From Ostrea edulis (taxonomy: Eukaryota), in assembly GCF_947568905.1 (NCBI RefSeq), contig NC_079172.1:51522001-51586000 (forward strand): a stretch of 64,000 nt of DNA. The letters run 5' to 3'. The notes below the pieces were generated by a model that made no database searches, was not told where the DNA came from, and saw nothing but the letters and a program-made list of their open reading frames with translations. Positions 39,501 through 51,500 of the stretch are shown here, piece by piece (positions within the stretch are counted from its first letter, which is position 1; the number at the start of each line of letters is the position of its first letter). A program made the translations under genes and the position numbers.

Positions 39501-42500
39501 ACAACTTTTGAAGAATGTGAACTTTGGACTCCAAAATCATAATCTGAAATTCTGTACTACATTATAAACAGATGGGTTGGTCTTTTTTCATGTGAGTTTT
39601 TATTAATCTTTATCCAAGTATTTGTTTTACGCCCCTTCCTGAATTTTTCACTCCTACTGACCAGCTGTAGGTGAGGTACAACATATTTAGAAACTTGGAA
39701 GACCTATGCTTTGCACTCAAGGCCGTAACAGGTTGTCTGAAGTGCCAATATGCCTGCCTCAACATGGTACCTCCATTTTTAAGGTCATATCCGAGAGACT
39801 CACGAATCTCACTTCTAAATGGCAAGCGTTTGGTGGAGAAGAAGTCACTACCTATTCTTATGCTGAACTTTTGCTTGGGCTTGAACTTACAACCTCCCAG
39901 TCAGGAAGTAAACACTAACCACTGAACCAACATGATCTTTTACATGTGAATCAACATAATGCGTCTTACATTCATCATTATAAATCTATTTTCCTCTCAA
40001 AACTACAGGTATTTTTTTCTATGTCTGTATTTTTAAAACAGTGTAAATTACATTGAAATCAAAACTAGAGCAAAACAGTGTCAAGTGCAAAAACATGCAA
40101 GGACGGATCCTTGTCTCCACACCAGAGAGAACATAGTTGCCAATTCCGCCTCCATCAGAGGGCACATCTCTAAAAAAAAAATTGTCAATTTTGGCCTGTT
40201 TTAGTGTAATTATCCCCCCCCCCCCCCCCCCCAAGAAATAGGAATTTTCTTGTATCTTCCACACCACCCCAATACCAACTAAACTAATCCTCATTCATAT
40301 AGTAAAAGATTGGCAGCTATGTGGGAAGGATCTAAGAGTTTAAAGTGACAGTGGTGGAATTCGAGTATTTTGTGTACTTACTCCATTCTTTTACTACATT
40401 AATACAGAAAACTGCCTTAATTAAGCTAAATAAATTCTGGAATTTACCTATAAAATGTGGTCAAGAAATTTTCTACACGTAGATCAAACTATCAAAAGCA
40501 AGGACTGTGTTCGGTGCAGATTGAATAGCGACTATATTATGATGAAAATATTCCAAATTCAATCATCCGCAAGATCATCTTTAAATTTGTTTCATTTGAT
40601 AAATTTGAAACACACATACATGTATTATGCTAAATACTGTAAACTAATACAAAATTACTAAATTTTTGGGGAAATCAGTATATAAAGACGTAGAGATAAT
40701 CACTAATTCACATGGAAAAGCATAGTTAGAAGTTTATGAAGGATGGGCCTCTGCTATCCCAATAATATCAATGTACATCAAAGCAGGGGTTTGAAAATTA
40801 GATACTCTACTTTCTACAAGTACTTTGGGCTTTTGAAATAATTGGTATTGAAAGCAATGCATTATGATATTTAGTGACAAAAATACAACTGAATACCTTG
40901 CAATAACCAGGACAACATTATCACCCAACAACAGACAAAAACAAACTGGGAGAACAGGGCTGTAGAATTTGTCTATAAAGACTAGGGAAATACAAAAATA
41001 AAATACAGTTGATAAACATTGCCCATCCCCTATACCTTTTCGCCGGGGGTCTTTTGAGCAGTAGTTTCGTTGTTTCTGGATCTTCTTTACCAAATTCGGT
41101 CACTTGGTTGAGTGTTCTAGTAATCTCTCCTAAGTATAGCCACATCATTCTGTAAAAAATATACATGTGCAAATGATATGATTCACTGCAAGTGAAAATA
41201 ATTTCTGTAATATTTCATTTAGCAACTAAAGAATGTAAACATCAAGCTTAATGTTTATAATCTCTACATTGCACTTCAAGTAATTTCAGGTTTAATCATC
41301 ACTGTTTATGTATGAATCAAAACCGTTACGTTAGCTCAAGCTCATCATTTATTTCTAAACTCCTTGAACATGTAGAACTTGCCATGCAATGTCATCTACT
41401 GGTTCTGTTTCACCTGACTTACTGGTTCTGTGTCACATGACTTAGTGGTTCTGTGTCACCTGACTTACTGGTTCTGTGTCTACCGACTTACTGGTTCTGT
41501 GTCACCTGACTTAGTGGTTCTGTGTCACCTGACTTACTGGTTCTGTGTCACATGACTTAGTGGTTCTGTGTCACCCGACTTACTGGTTCTGTGTCACCCG
41601 ACTTACTGGTTCTGTGTCACCTGACTTACTGGTATTGCGTCATGTGACTCACTTTTCGTGTGGCATGTCTCCTGCTCCACTCTCTATCATGCCTCCGGCG
41701 GTGTTGAGGTATACCCATAGGAAGAAACGCAGGAAAGGCTGCTTAAAATTGTTGCTGATGTTTTGATTTGTCAGCAGTCGAAGAAGCTCCGGGATGCGGA
41801 AGATTGTCTGACAGATGGATTCAATGTGCCGGTTCTCTCCCTTGGTGGATAAAATTGAATATTTTACTTCAAGAAATCTAGAACTCACATTTGATATCAA
41901 TTCTTACTGTGGGATACCAAGCTTACAATCATACAGAGAGTTTGTTCACTTTTATAGATTCTCATTGAGCAGTTTTGAATTCCTCATAAGATCCAGCTTT
42001 GGCTATGATATATAGGAAAGAACAATTCCAATTATAAACTAATCAAATGCACATGCAAATCTTGAAATGACATGCAATTTTTAACTGCTAAACAACTAGC
42101 TTATCTATCACATGCAATGCCATTTGTATCAAACCCCATAATATTTAACATTCCATGTAATTGATACACAACAACAATTTTAATATATCATCATAATTCT
42201 ATACTGATAAAACCATTCTCTTGTAAAGCTTAACATGCAAACCATTATTTCACAAAATGTATTGCATATCTACTCCAAGGCCGGGCACCATTAAACAGTG
42301 AACACTCCAATTTTATATCTACGAAAAATTAAACAATTATCGTTCCTATCGAAAAAGCATAGTGTACGTTCTCTCTTTACGGCAACAAAATTACTCTGCA
42401 TGTCGACAGATCAGTAAGCTCCAGGGTCACATGACCTGACCTTCAACCGTTAATTTTTCTTCTTCTATAAAATACACCTGAATGTAATGGTGTTTCACAA

Positions 42501-45500
42501 ATGATTGTGACTGTGATTCACATGTTGCTTAAAGTGAAAAATAAAGGGTTTTAATACAAATATTGCATAAATTATTGTAAAATTTTAAACATTTTGAATT
42601 GATCTGATCCACAGTTAAATATTCCCCTATCTGAAGAACACAAAATTAAGTGATGAAAGTGACCATGGAGCCATGTGATAAAAGAATTTGAACAAATCAT
42701 ATTTATCACAATTAGTACCGCAACATAATTGGCAGCCAAACTACAATCATCACATAAGAGATATAATTGTAACATCATACTAGAACCATCGTGACCTGGA
42801 AGGAATCATTTAAAGAAATCTTATACACAATTTTAAAATCGTCCTAACAAACAGATTGTGAATTGGACTGAATCTAGCGCTTGTTTTTGATATTAAGACT
42901 GGACATGTTGCTGAATTTAGCACAAGCTTTTCGATATTAAGACTGGACATTTACCTCTGCACATGTTGCCAACATATCCACCATGGCTATAAGATAATGA
43001 AGCTGTTTGTTCCCCGCTTCTGTTAAAATCTTTTCCCTAGAATAAACGTGTATATGCATGTATGATATTACTGTCATTATATGAATTGTTTTAAATCGTG
43101 CAGTATTCTTAGTTCTCAAAGTTGTGCACACCGCATATACTGCTACATATAACTGTGATGGACCTGAATGCACTACATGATGACCTTTATGCACTCACCT
43201 GGCTTTTTCGTCTTGGTCTATCACTTGTGCAATGTCAGATCTAAACTGCATGAAATACTGCATGACAAAACTCTGATTCCTCTTTAATGGCAAGTCTAAT
43301 TCTTCAACTTTCACTACAGCATTCAGCAAATCCAGAAGCTGGGGCACATTTTCTTTATTCTTGGCAACTAATGTCATTATTCTTTGCACTTGATTCCCAC
43401 TAATCTTCATGCAAGTGGTGGAATTTCCAGTGAACACCTACAAAGTAGTTCAAAGGGTAAGTTGTTACCATAAACTAATTATTCATATACAACAGGTATA
43501 TACACATATTTCAGTCAACATATCAAAACCCTCATTATTACACATACAAACACAAAAATGGAAGTAATAGAATAATTTTTCTATCTTAATCATCAATGGT
43601 TCTCGTAAAACAAATAAAAAAATATCCTAATTCCACTATAAAATTCAATAAATAACTCGTGTTGAGGTCAAATATGTCATAAAATATTGTGTATTGTGCA
43701 CAGTTTCCGAAAGGGAAAATGTAACTCACACAGTGGAGTGTGGTGATAAGGGGATGGGTGGAGTTACATACGATCCATTGTACTTGATGGATCAAGTGAT
43801 CATTTTTGCTGTGATACTTCTCATGATACTTATGGTAATAAAGGCTCAATCTTGTCAGTTGAATACAATGCAACCACAAGTACTGACTTAGCTCAGACAA
43901 TCCTTACCTCTGTAATGCACTCAGCTAACTCCTCTCCAGCCCCTTCTGTAGCTAGCAACATGTCTAGACGATCAAACAAACGCCCTTGAACCAGCTTATT
44001 TCCCCTGGCTAGTAACTTCAGTAAAGTGAAGGTTCTCTGGAACACCTTCCTCAGCCCAGTGTATTGGTCCTATTGTACAGAACAGAAAGGCATGTTTAGA
44101 CTAAAGGGCAGGTGCTTGATGTTTCCCTTCTCTCATGCTTTGGACTACACTAAATTTACTACAGTGTAAACTTGATGCATAAAAAATGTTTTTACCTAAG
44201 ATCTTGCTGATTCTTTCATCAAGGATTATATCAAAGTCCAAAGTTTACATACAAATTTTCAGCATGATGAAGTTACTGTTTGGCAAATTAATTACTAAGT
44301 CTTTTTTAAAAAAATATTATTTCACTAGTAAGCAAATAGTTTTCATACCAAAGGATTTTTCCAGAGAAACAGATAAAAAGTCTAATTAAGTGTGAATGTT
44401 TGCTCTGGGTATTTGATAATTTTTCTATGAGGTATTCCATACCAACAGTTTGACGTCTATTTCCTGCTGTAGTATACTGAACATGTCCTCTATAATACCT
44501 ACAATTCAAAAAAAGACTTCAATCATTCCACCAACTTTATCCATTGAATTAGATATTCAAGGAATATCTGAAATCAGAAAGGTGGACCTTGGAGTATCTT
44601 TTTTTCAAAACAGTGATGAATATGTATCAGCGATTTTGTTGTTCTTAAGGAGGAATGTTACACCAGCATCACTGGAAACTCACCATTAATAATTGTACAG
44701 AATATTCTGCCTCACTGGAACAGAATATTCTACCTTACTAAAACTCACCATGGTTGTACAGAATAGTCTGCCTCACTAAAACCTCACCATGGTTGTACAG
44801 AATATTCTGCCTCACTGGAACAGAATATTCTACCTTACTAAAACTCACCATGGTTGTACAGAATAGTCTGGTTCATCCCATGTGGTTCCTCAGGCTCTTT
44901 GTCTAAATGGCACATTCTAAAATACAAAATTTAAAAATTTTGGCTATGGTAAAATCTGGAGATTTTAAGTTTTATAAATGATAAGGTTGTCGTTACAAAA
45001 TAGAGTCTACATACAGTATCAAATCCTCCAGAATGGACACAAGTTCCTCGGCCTGCTGGTTGCTGAGTTTGGACGATGCTAGGCGCCGCAGATTCGGCAG
45101 CACCTTTTCCAATGCATTGAAAACTTCCACTGATTTGTCAGTAATTAAAACCTGCAAAGATTCACGTGTCACATTTTATTCCCACTGGACACACACCTGT
45201 ACTTTGATAAATTCAAGGAACATTTTTTCTATGATTATAAAATTCTTGCACACAAATGTCCCACACATTTTAAAGTACTTAAAGCTTTATTCAATAGCAA
45301 AAAAGGAAAACTATAAGTCCCTACAAATATTCCGTCTCTCATTTACCTGGGCCTGCACTGCATTGTTGAACAGCTGATGGTGAGCTGAGTAATATCTGTT
45401 CAGGAGATGCATGGACATTCGTATCATTTCATCATAGTCATAGAACGACAAGTCCTGCAAGTTAAGAAATAAATGTGACAAGTCCTTCCTTGAGTGACTG

Positions 45501-48500
45501 CTTCATATTAAAGGGGCATGGACATGATTTGAGCTGAAAAATTTCAAATTCTATTTTTCCATTTTTATTGTTTACAATGCTTAACTAAAGTATTTCTAAT
45601 GGTCAACCAAAATTTGAATATCAGTTGTTGAGTTACAAGTGAGATACAGCACTCGCAATTCTTTAAAATGTAACCAATTTAAGGCTTGTTCCATGCTATT
45701 GTTTACATATAGATGGCTTAAAGAAAATAGCATGTTTAAAAGAAAATGAGATGTGCCAAACACTAGAAACTATTTCATTGTATTCAGAATTAACTTGTGA
45801 ATTGAAAAAAATCTGCTTTAAATGAACTTTCAGTTGTATTTAACCTTAGTGAACAAAAACATGGCACGAGCCTTGTTTACATAACAAGGAATTGTGAGTG
45901 AGCTCTCTGTACCTTGACAACTGATATTAAAATTTTTGCTAACCATTAGAAATACCTTAGTTAAGCATACTAAACATTAAATTTGAAAAATAAAATTTGA
46001 AAATTTTCGGCTCAAATCATGTCTATGTCCCTTTAAAAAATTTGAAAGAGGTTTGCAGCCTGATGCTTTTGTTCTACAATGAACTTTTTATTCATCATTG
46101 ACACAAAAAGATTTTCTTTGTACGTCAATTTAGAATTTTTCCACCAAGAAAACTTGAAAATCATGATACAACATCAAACTGTTCAGTGAAGTGTTCTATC
46201 ACATAAAACAATGTGTAGTTATGACTTTCATATTTTTACCTTCAGTACAGCAACAAGATCATAGGCCTTCAAATAATTGGTGAACTCAAAAATTTCTGCA
46301 AGTTTCTTCAAAGCACTCTTTGACACTCTGCAAAAAGGGTTAAATATCAATAAATTAATCAGATACTAATGAATTCAAAGTTACGTGACTTATGAAGTTC
46401 CAAAGCAAGTTTCAGCAAAATAGAACAAAGTGAATTTCATAATTTTGATAAATAGCGCAATGATAAAAAAAAATTCTGATTAAAATATTTAAATTAAGAG
46501 TCCAAGTTATATCACTGAATAAATCTGTTCATCAAAACAATTCAATGCATCAAATTGTTGCTGAAAAGAAAGGAAATGTCCATCTTTATGTTGATTCCTT
46601 TTAAAACAGAACAACAAAAAAATACTGAAAAAGAATATTTACAAACTGAACTACTTCCTGACAAGTCGTGATGGAAAAAAAAAATGTTGTTATACATATC
46701 ATAAAATGATTGAATTGACATGCACAAATTATTTGTAATAAATGGTTCCTACTTCAAACCAGTTCTTTTCCTCCTTACTTTAGAAATTAGGGAAAAAACA
46801 CTATATTGTAGACTGTTGCATGCAACTGTGCACGAGAATGACAAAACAAAAGCTTGGCAATCAATGACCAAAATTGTCAGATCAGGTGAAACCTTACCCT
46901 ATCCAGTATGATCTGATGTCAAAAAATGTCAATGTAATGAATTAATAAAATTCTATTTATTACAGCATAGGTAGTAAAACTATTCCTCCGATTTATACCA
47001 ATCTTGCAAAATCTTGGAAAGTAACATTAAAGAATCATCTCATAAAAAATGTGGAATTCGACCATTTCAGATTTTGATGAAATTTTCTACAATTATACAT
47101 ACTTCATTCTTTTAACATGACACCTTTAAAACTGTACTATCATGACTTGTGTTTCCATGGCTACAGTATATGTATTTTCTTGTATAGACATATACCTCAG
47201 TAATTTAAAGGCACCGATTCACGATTTCCCCCAAATTTTGTTTTTCACTTAAATGATCAAAATCTACAAGCTAATATGTTTAGAAGGTTTCACAAAAAAT
47301 TAAAGTTATTCATCATGACAAAAGCCCATAATGGTGAGTTTATTATTTGTTTCGAAAACAAAGATTGAGGTGTGTTATTGTTGACGTTTTCAAAATGAAT
47401 TATGGATATTGATCTAAGTTTATTATATATATCACATCTCAAGTATACTTTAGGTAAAAATGTGTCATTTAAAAGTTAAAATTTGTGATTGTACGAAATG
47501 AAGATGCTTTCAATTACAAAATTAACGTTTCACTGGTTTGTTTATTTACATAAAAAGACTCGAGTCTTTGTTTACATAACACAGAATCAAAGATAAAATA
47601 GTGCTCTTATCCTTACATTCAGACGGTCCAAATTTTGGTTGTCAACATTAAATTAGTTATATTTTTGAATTCTAACATCAAAAATGAAAAATATTTCTTT
47701 CAAAAAACGTGCACCAGCCCCTTTAAGTATTGAATTTTCATATTATAAGATTAATATGTATATTTACTTATCATTCCACTTCCCAATACTATTTGACTAG
47801 GCTATGTTGGGTGTGATCTTTTAAATATTAAAATCAATTTGCTGGAACATCAGAACACAGAAGTGCCTTAAAATACCTAAAACTTCAACTGAAAATGAGA
47901 GAAAATTGCTTCAATATTGTGCAGATTGAAATGAAGCCACTGGCAGATTGTTCTTACATGCATAAAGCAGAATACAAGCCCTTTCAACTTTACTCTTTTT
48001 CTTTGTATATTTCAAATAAAATCATTTCCATGTTATTTGAAATTCTTCAAAGCAGTGCAAACTAGTGGATCATGGGACACAGTCCTCACCTACGACACAT
48101 GTTCTAGCATTTAATTAATAACTCATTTATTTTAATAGAATTAATAAATTTAACTTACAAAAAGCTTTCAGGGAAAAATATTTTCCCCCCAATAAATATG
48201 GACCTGGGACCATAAAAAACGCACTCAAAATGTTACATGGATAAAACAAGAGGTCCACTAGGCCTTAATGGTCTCCTGACCAAACAATGGAAAACTCAGT
48301 CAAATAATTTGCTATTTTTTCTTTAAAAATCAAAACACATTGTCCTTCATTTTCCATATTCACATGCAGTTATTTTAATGTACAATTGTAATAGAGCACT
48401 TTGAAATTTATGTACTGTATTTTCACAAGATTGTCATTCCCTGAAGCCTCAGTCAGTAACTAGTCAAGGGGTCATGAATTCCACAAATTTGATTGGTAGT

Positions 48501-51500
48501 ACTTAGGGTCTCCATTTACTTCATAACCATACATACAATATTTTGACAACAGCACTATAACAGCTAGATAGAGAGGAGAATTTTATTAGATACAATATAT
48601 CATTTCTCTTTTACCCATTTAGGCCCCGGGTGACCACCCTAAAGTCTTTGGGTAGGGAATTTCACAATGCCTTTTGTGTCCATGAATAATTTTTTTCTTC
48701 ACAATGCACAGAGATAATGAAGAAGATATTCAAATATGAAATACTTTTTCAATATACATCAACTTGTGTATAAAGCCTGAACTCTAGCCCAGGGGTAGGA
48801 AATTTTATGATTTTGGTAGAGGGATCCATGCTCTTTGCTACTATGCATATTAATTTTCTTCAAGACGTGCAGGGGTAAAGAATTTTTTTTTAATATAATA
48901 ATGCATTTTTAGCACCAGAACACCTGACCCAGAGGCCATGAATATTACATTTCTGGTAGAGGCATTCTTGCTAATGACTATACCCAAGTTTGTCTGCTAG
49001 ATGTCTCTCAATAAAGATTTTTAAACATTGCATCCTATTTCAAGGTTTTCAACCCATCCCTTGGCCCCAAGGACACAGTGACCATGAAATTCATCATTTT
49101 AGATTTCCCTTATCCTAAAGAGATTTCATACCAAACTTGATCGAACAACCATGTACTGTCAAGGAAGTTGATTATGTTCAAATATTATAGATGACATACA
49201 ATGTACTTATGGCACAGCATTGTAAATGACATACATTCATGGCAAATGACTATAAATATTTTAAATGATATATATTACATTACTATAGATGGCATATTTA
49301 ATTACGACACATTACTATAAACAACATACTTTACACAAATTACTATAGTAAACAACATTTATGGCATGTTATGATATACAGGTGACTCTCGATGGCTCGA
49401 ATTTCGATCTCTCGAAGTTCTCGATCTCTCAAAGTGAAATCATGGTCCCGATTTTTCTCTCTATATAACAAAGTAAATTTACTATCGATCTCTCGAACGT
49501 TTGATCTCTTGAAGTTCTCGATCTCTCGAAGTGAAGTTGGGTCCCGTAAAACACATTTCATTCTTTTTCACTCTCGATCTCTCAAAGTGGTGGTAGCGTA
49601 TACCCACCGTTACACAAGCGTGCAATAATTTCCGCTTGGGCCTTACTTGGATTTTGTTGAATGCCAGAGGTGTAATTAGGTGTTTACATAGTTGAAACAT
49701 CACTGGTGCTTCTTTGTGGAGGTGACACACTTGAGTCTATAATTGGCTAATTGGTCAGTTTACACCTTGCACTGGGGTTTTGAGTCGTGATGATTAAAAT
49801 TACAAAAAATGTATTTATAATCCGACTATGAATGAAATCTAAAATTTGTTTTGACGTGACAACGAAAGAGTAAGTTTTATACATAATTTAGAGGTCTACA
49901 GACTGTTAAATTTCTCGAGTTTGTTCTTTGTGTAAAGTTACTCTAAAACATTGTTTTACTCGTTCATTAGAACTTTTGTTTTGGGGAAAGTGACATAACA
50001 TTGTGCTCCGTTTAGCTTGCGATAGTAAAGTGTCATCAGAAGTTGGTTTTGCCTATCTAAGCATGATTAAAGAACAAATAAATAGATAAACTTTGAAATG
50101 TTTTTATTAATGCAAAATAAGGTTTTATATTTTTATATCAAAGTACCTGATGAATATGAAGGAAAATATGTCAAAACGATATCATATGATCTTGTTGGTA
50201 TACATTTCCGGTTACTGTAAAATCTGAACCATACCGGTGGACCTTCAATTTCCGAATTTCGATCTCTCGAAGTCTTATCAAGGTCCCTTGAACTTCGAAT
50301 TATCGAGAGTCACCTGTAGATGAAATAACTATAAATGAAGTATTTATGGCATGTTACTATAAATGATGTACTTATGGAAAACTATTATTTTAGATGACAT
50401 ACTTATGGTACGTAACTAGAGATGACATGCTTTGATCTGATATGTGCACGCGAGTCTTTGGTTCAAGTGAGGTAATTAAACAGAAGAATAAGTTATAGCT
50501 TTACTAAGAACTTTCCCAAATAATCTCACAACAAATATAATGATGATTAAATGAATTACTGTAACAATAAATAAATCAATTTAAAGTCAAGTTTCAAATA
50601 GTACTGGACTTTTGTTCTGAAAATGCTTGTCATTTGTATACTAGATCACATAAAAAGCAGACCAATACAGGGGGGTTGCTATTGGTGACACTAATGGGGA
50701 AACTATGGCAACTATATTCAATGGATGTTAATTAGGTCAGACATACAGTATTGCATGAAAAGTGAGTAACTTACAATTCCCGAGTGCTGAAATTTGCAAT
50801 GAAAATGAAAAATGCTGATGTGTTAGTAAAATAAATTCCCAACCTCCCAGCCACTGAAAAACAACTTTGGTAAACCCTGGGATATGATTTAATATCCTTT
50901 TATAGAATATGCGCTTTCAGCAAATGCATGATTCTGCACAGGACACAAAGGCAGAATGCTGGAGCAATCACTTCCCAACAGAACTTTTCAGAATTAAAAA
51001 GTCAGTAAAAATTATTATAAAGAAGAAATATTAATACCAGTACTGAAATGCAAATTGCACATTCTCTAAACTTAATCCAAGTTAAGTAATTATAATAACA
51101 GTAGATCATTATATATTATATACACCTCACGAAACAACCTGTCATACATACGTTTGCACATATGATTGCTGGCTGTTTAAGAAAATATTTAGAACATAAC
51201 ACAGATTCTAAAACATAATTATTTCAAAAGAAAAAACACATTGTTATAATTTGACATACACCAAAATAAATATATGGCATAAAAAAAATAATATATTCCT
51301 TGTCCTTATAATGATTTTAACCCATCTGATGGGCCCAGTAGACTAATGCTCAAGGCTGTGATTCTATAGATCAAGATTTCATGTCCCACTAGGCATTTTA
51401 TTTTTCACTAAACAGACAGACCGAAAATTTCCTTTTCTGGGAGCATAAAACTGTGGTCATATCAAAGCTACCTAAATAATAGAAGGATGGACAAGAGATT

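Noticed and set aside
39878-39932. tRNA gene
   Set aside because: A and B boxes are present but I could not build a cloverleaf, and the sequence continues into a ~250-bp body; called a SINE.
40090-40169. Exon-like stretch (R)DVPSDGGGIGNY after a strong ttttag acceptor
   Set aside because: No convincing phase-2 donor to rejoin exon 24.
42885-42954. 18-bp duplication (gatattaagactggacat) beside the exon 21 donor
   Set aside because: The copy lacks the donor itself and is too short to count toward the array pattern.
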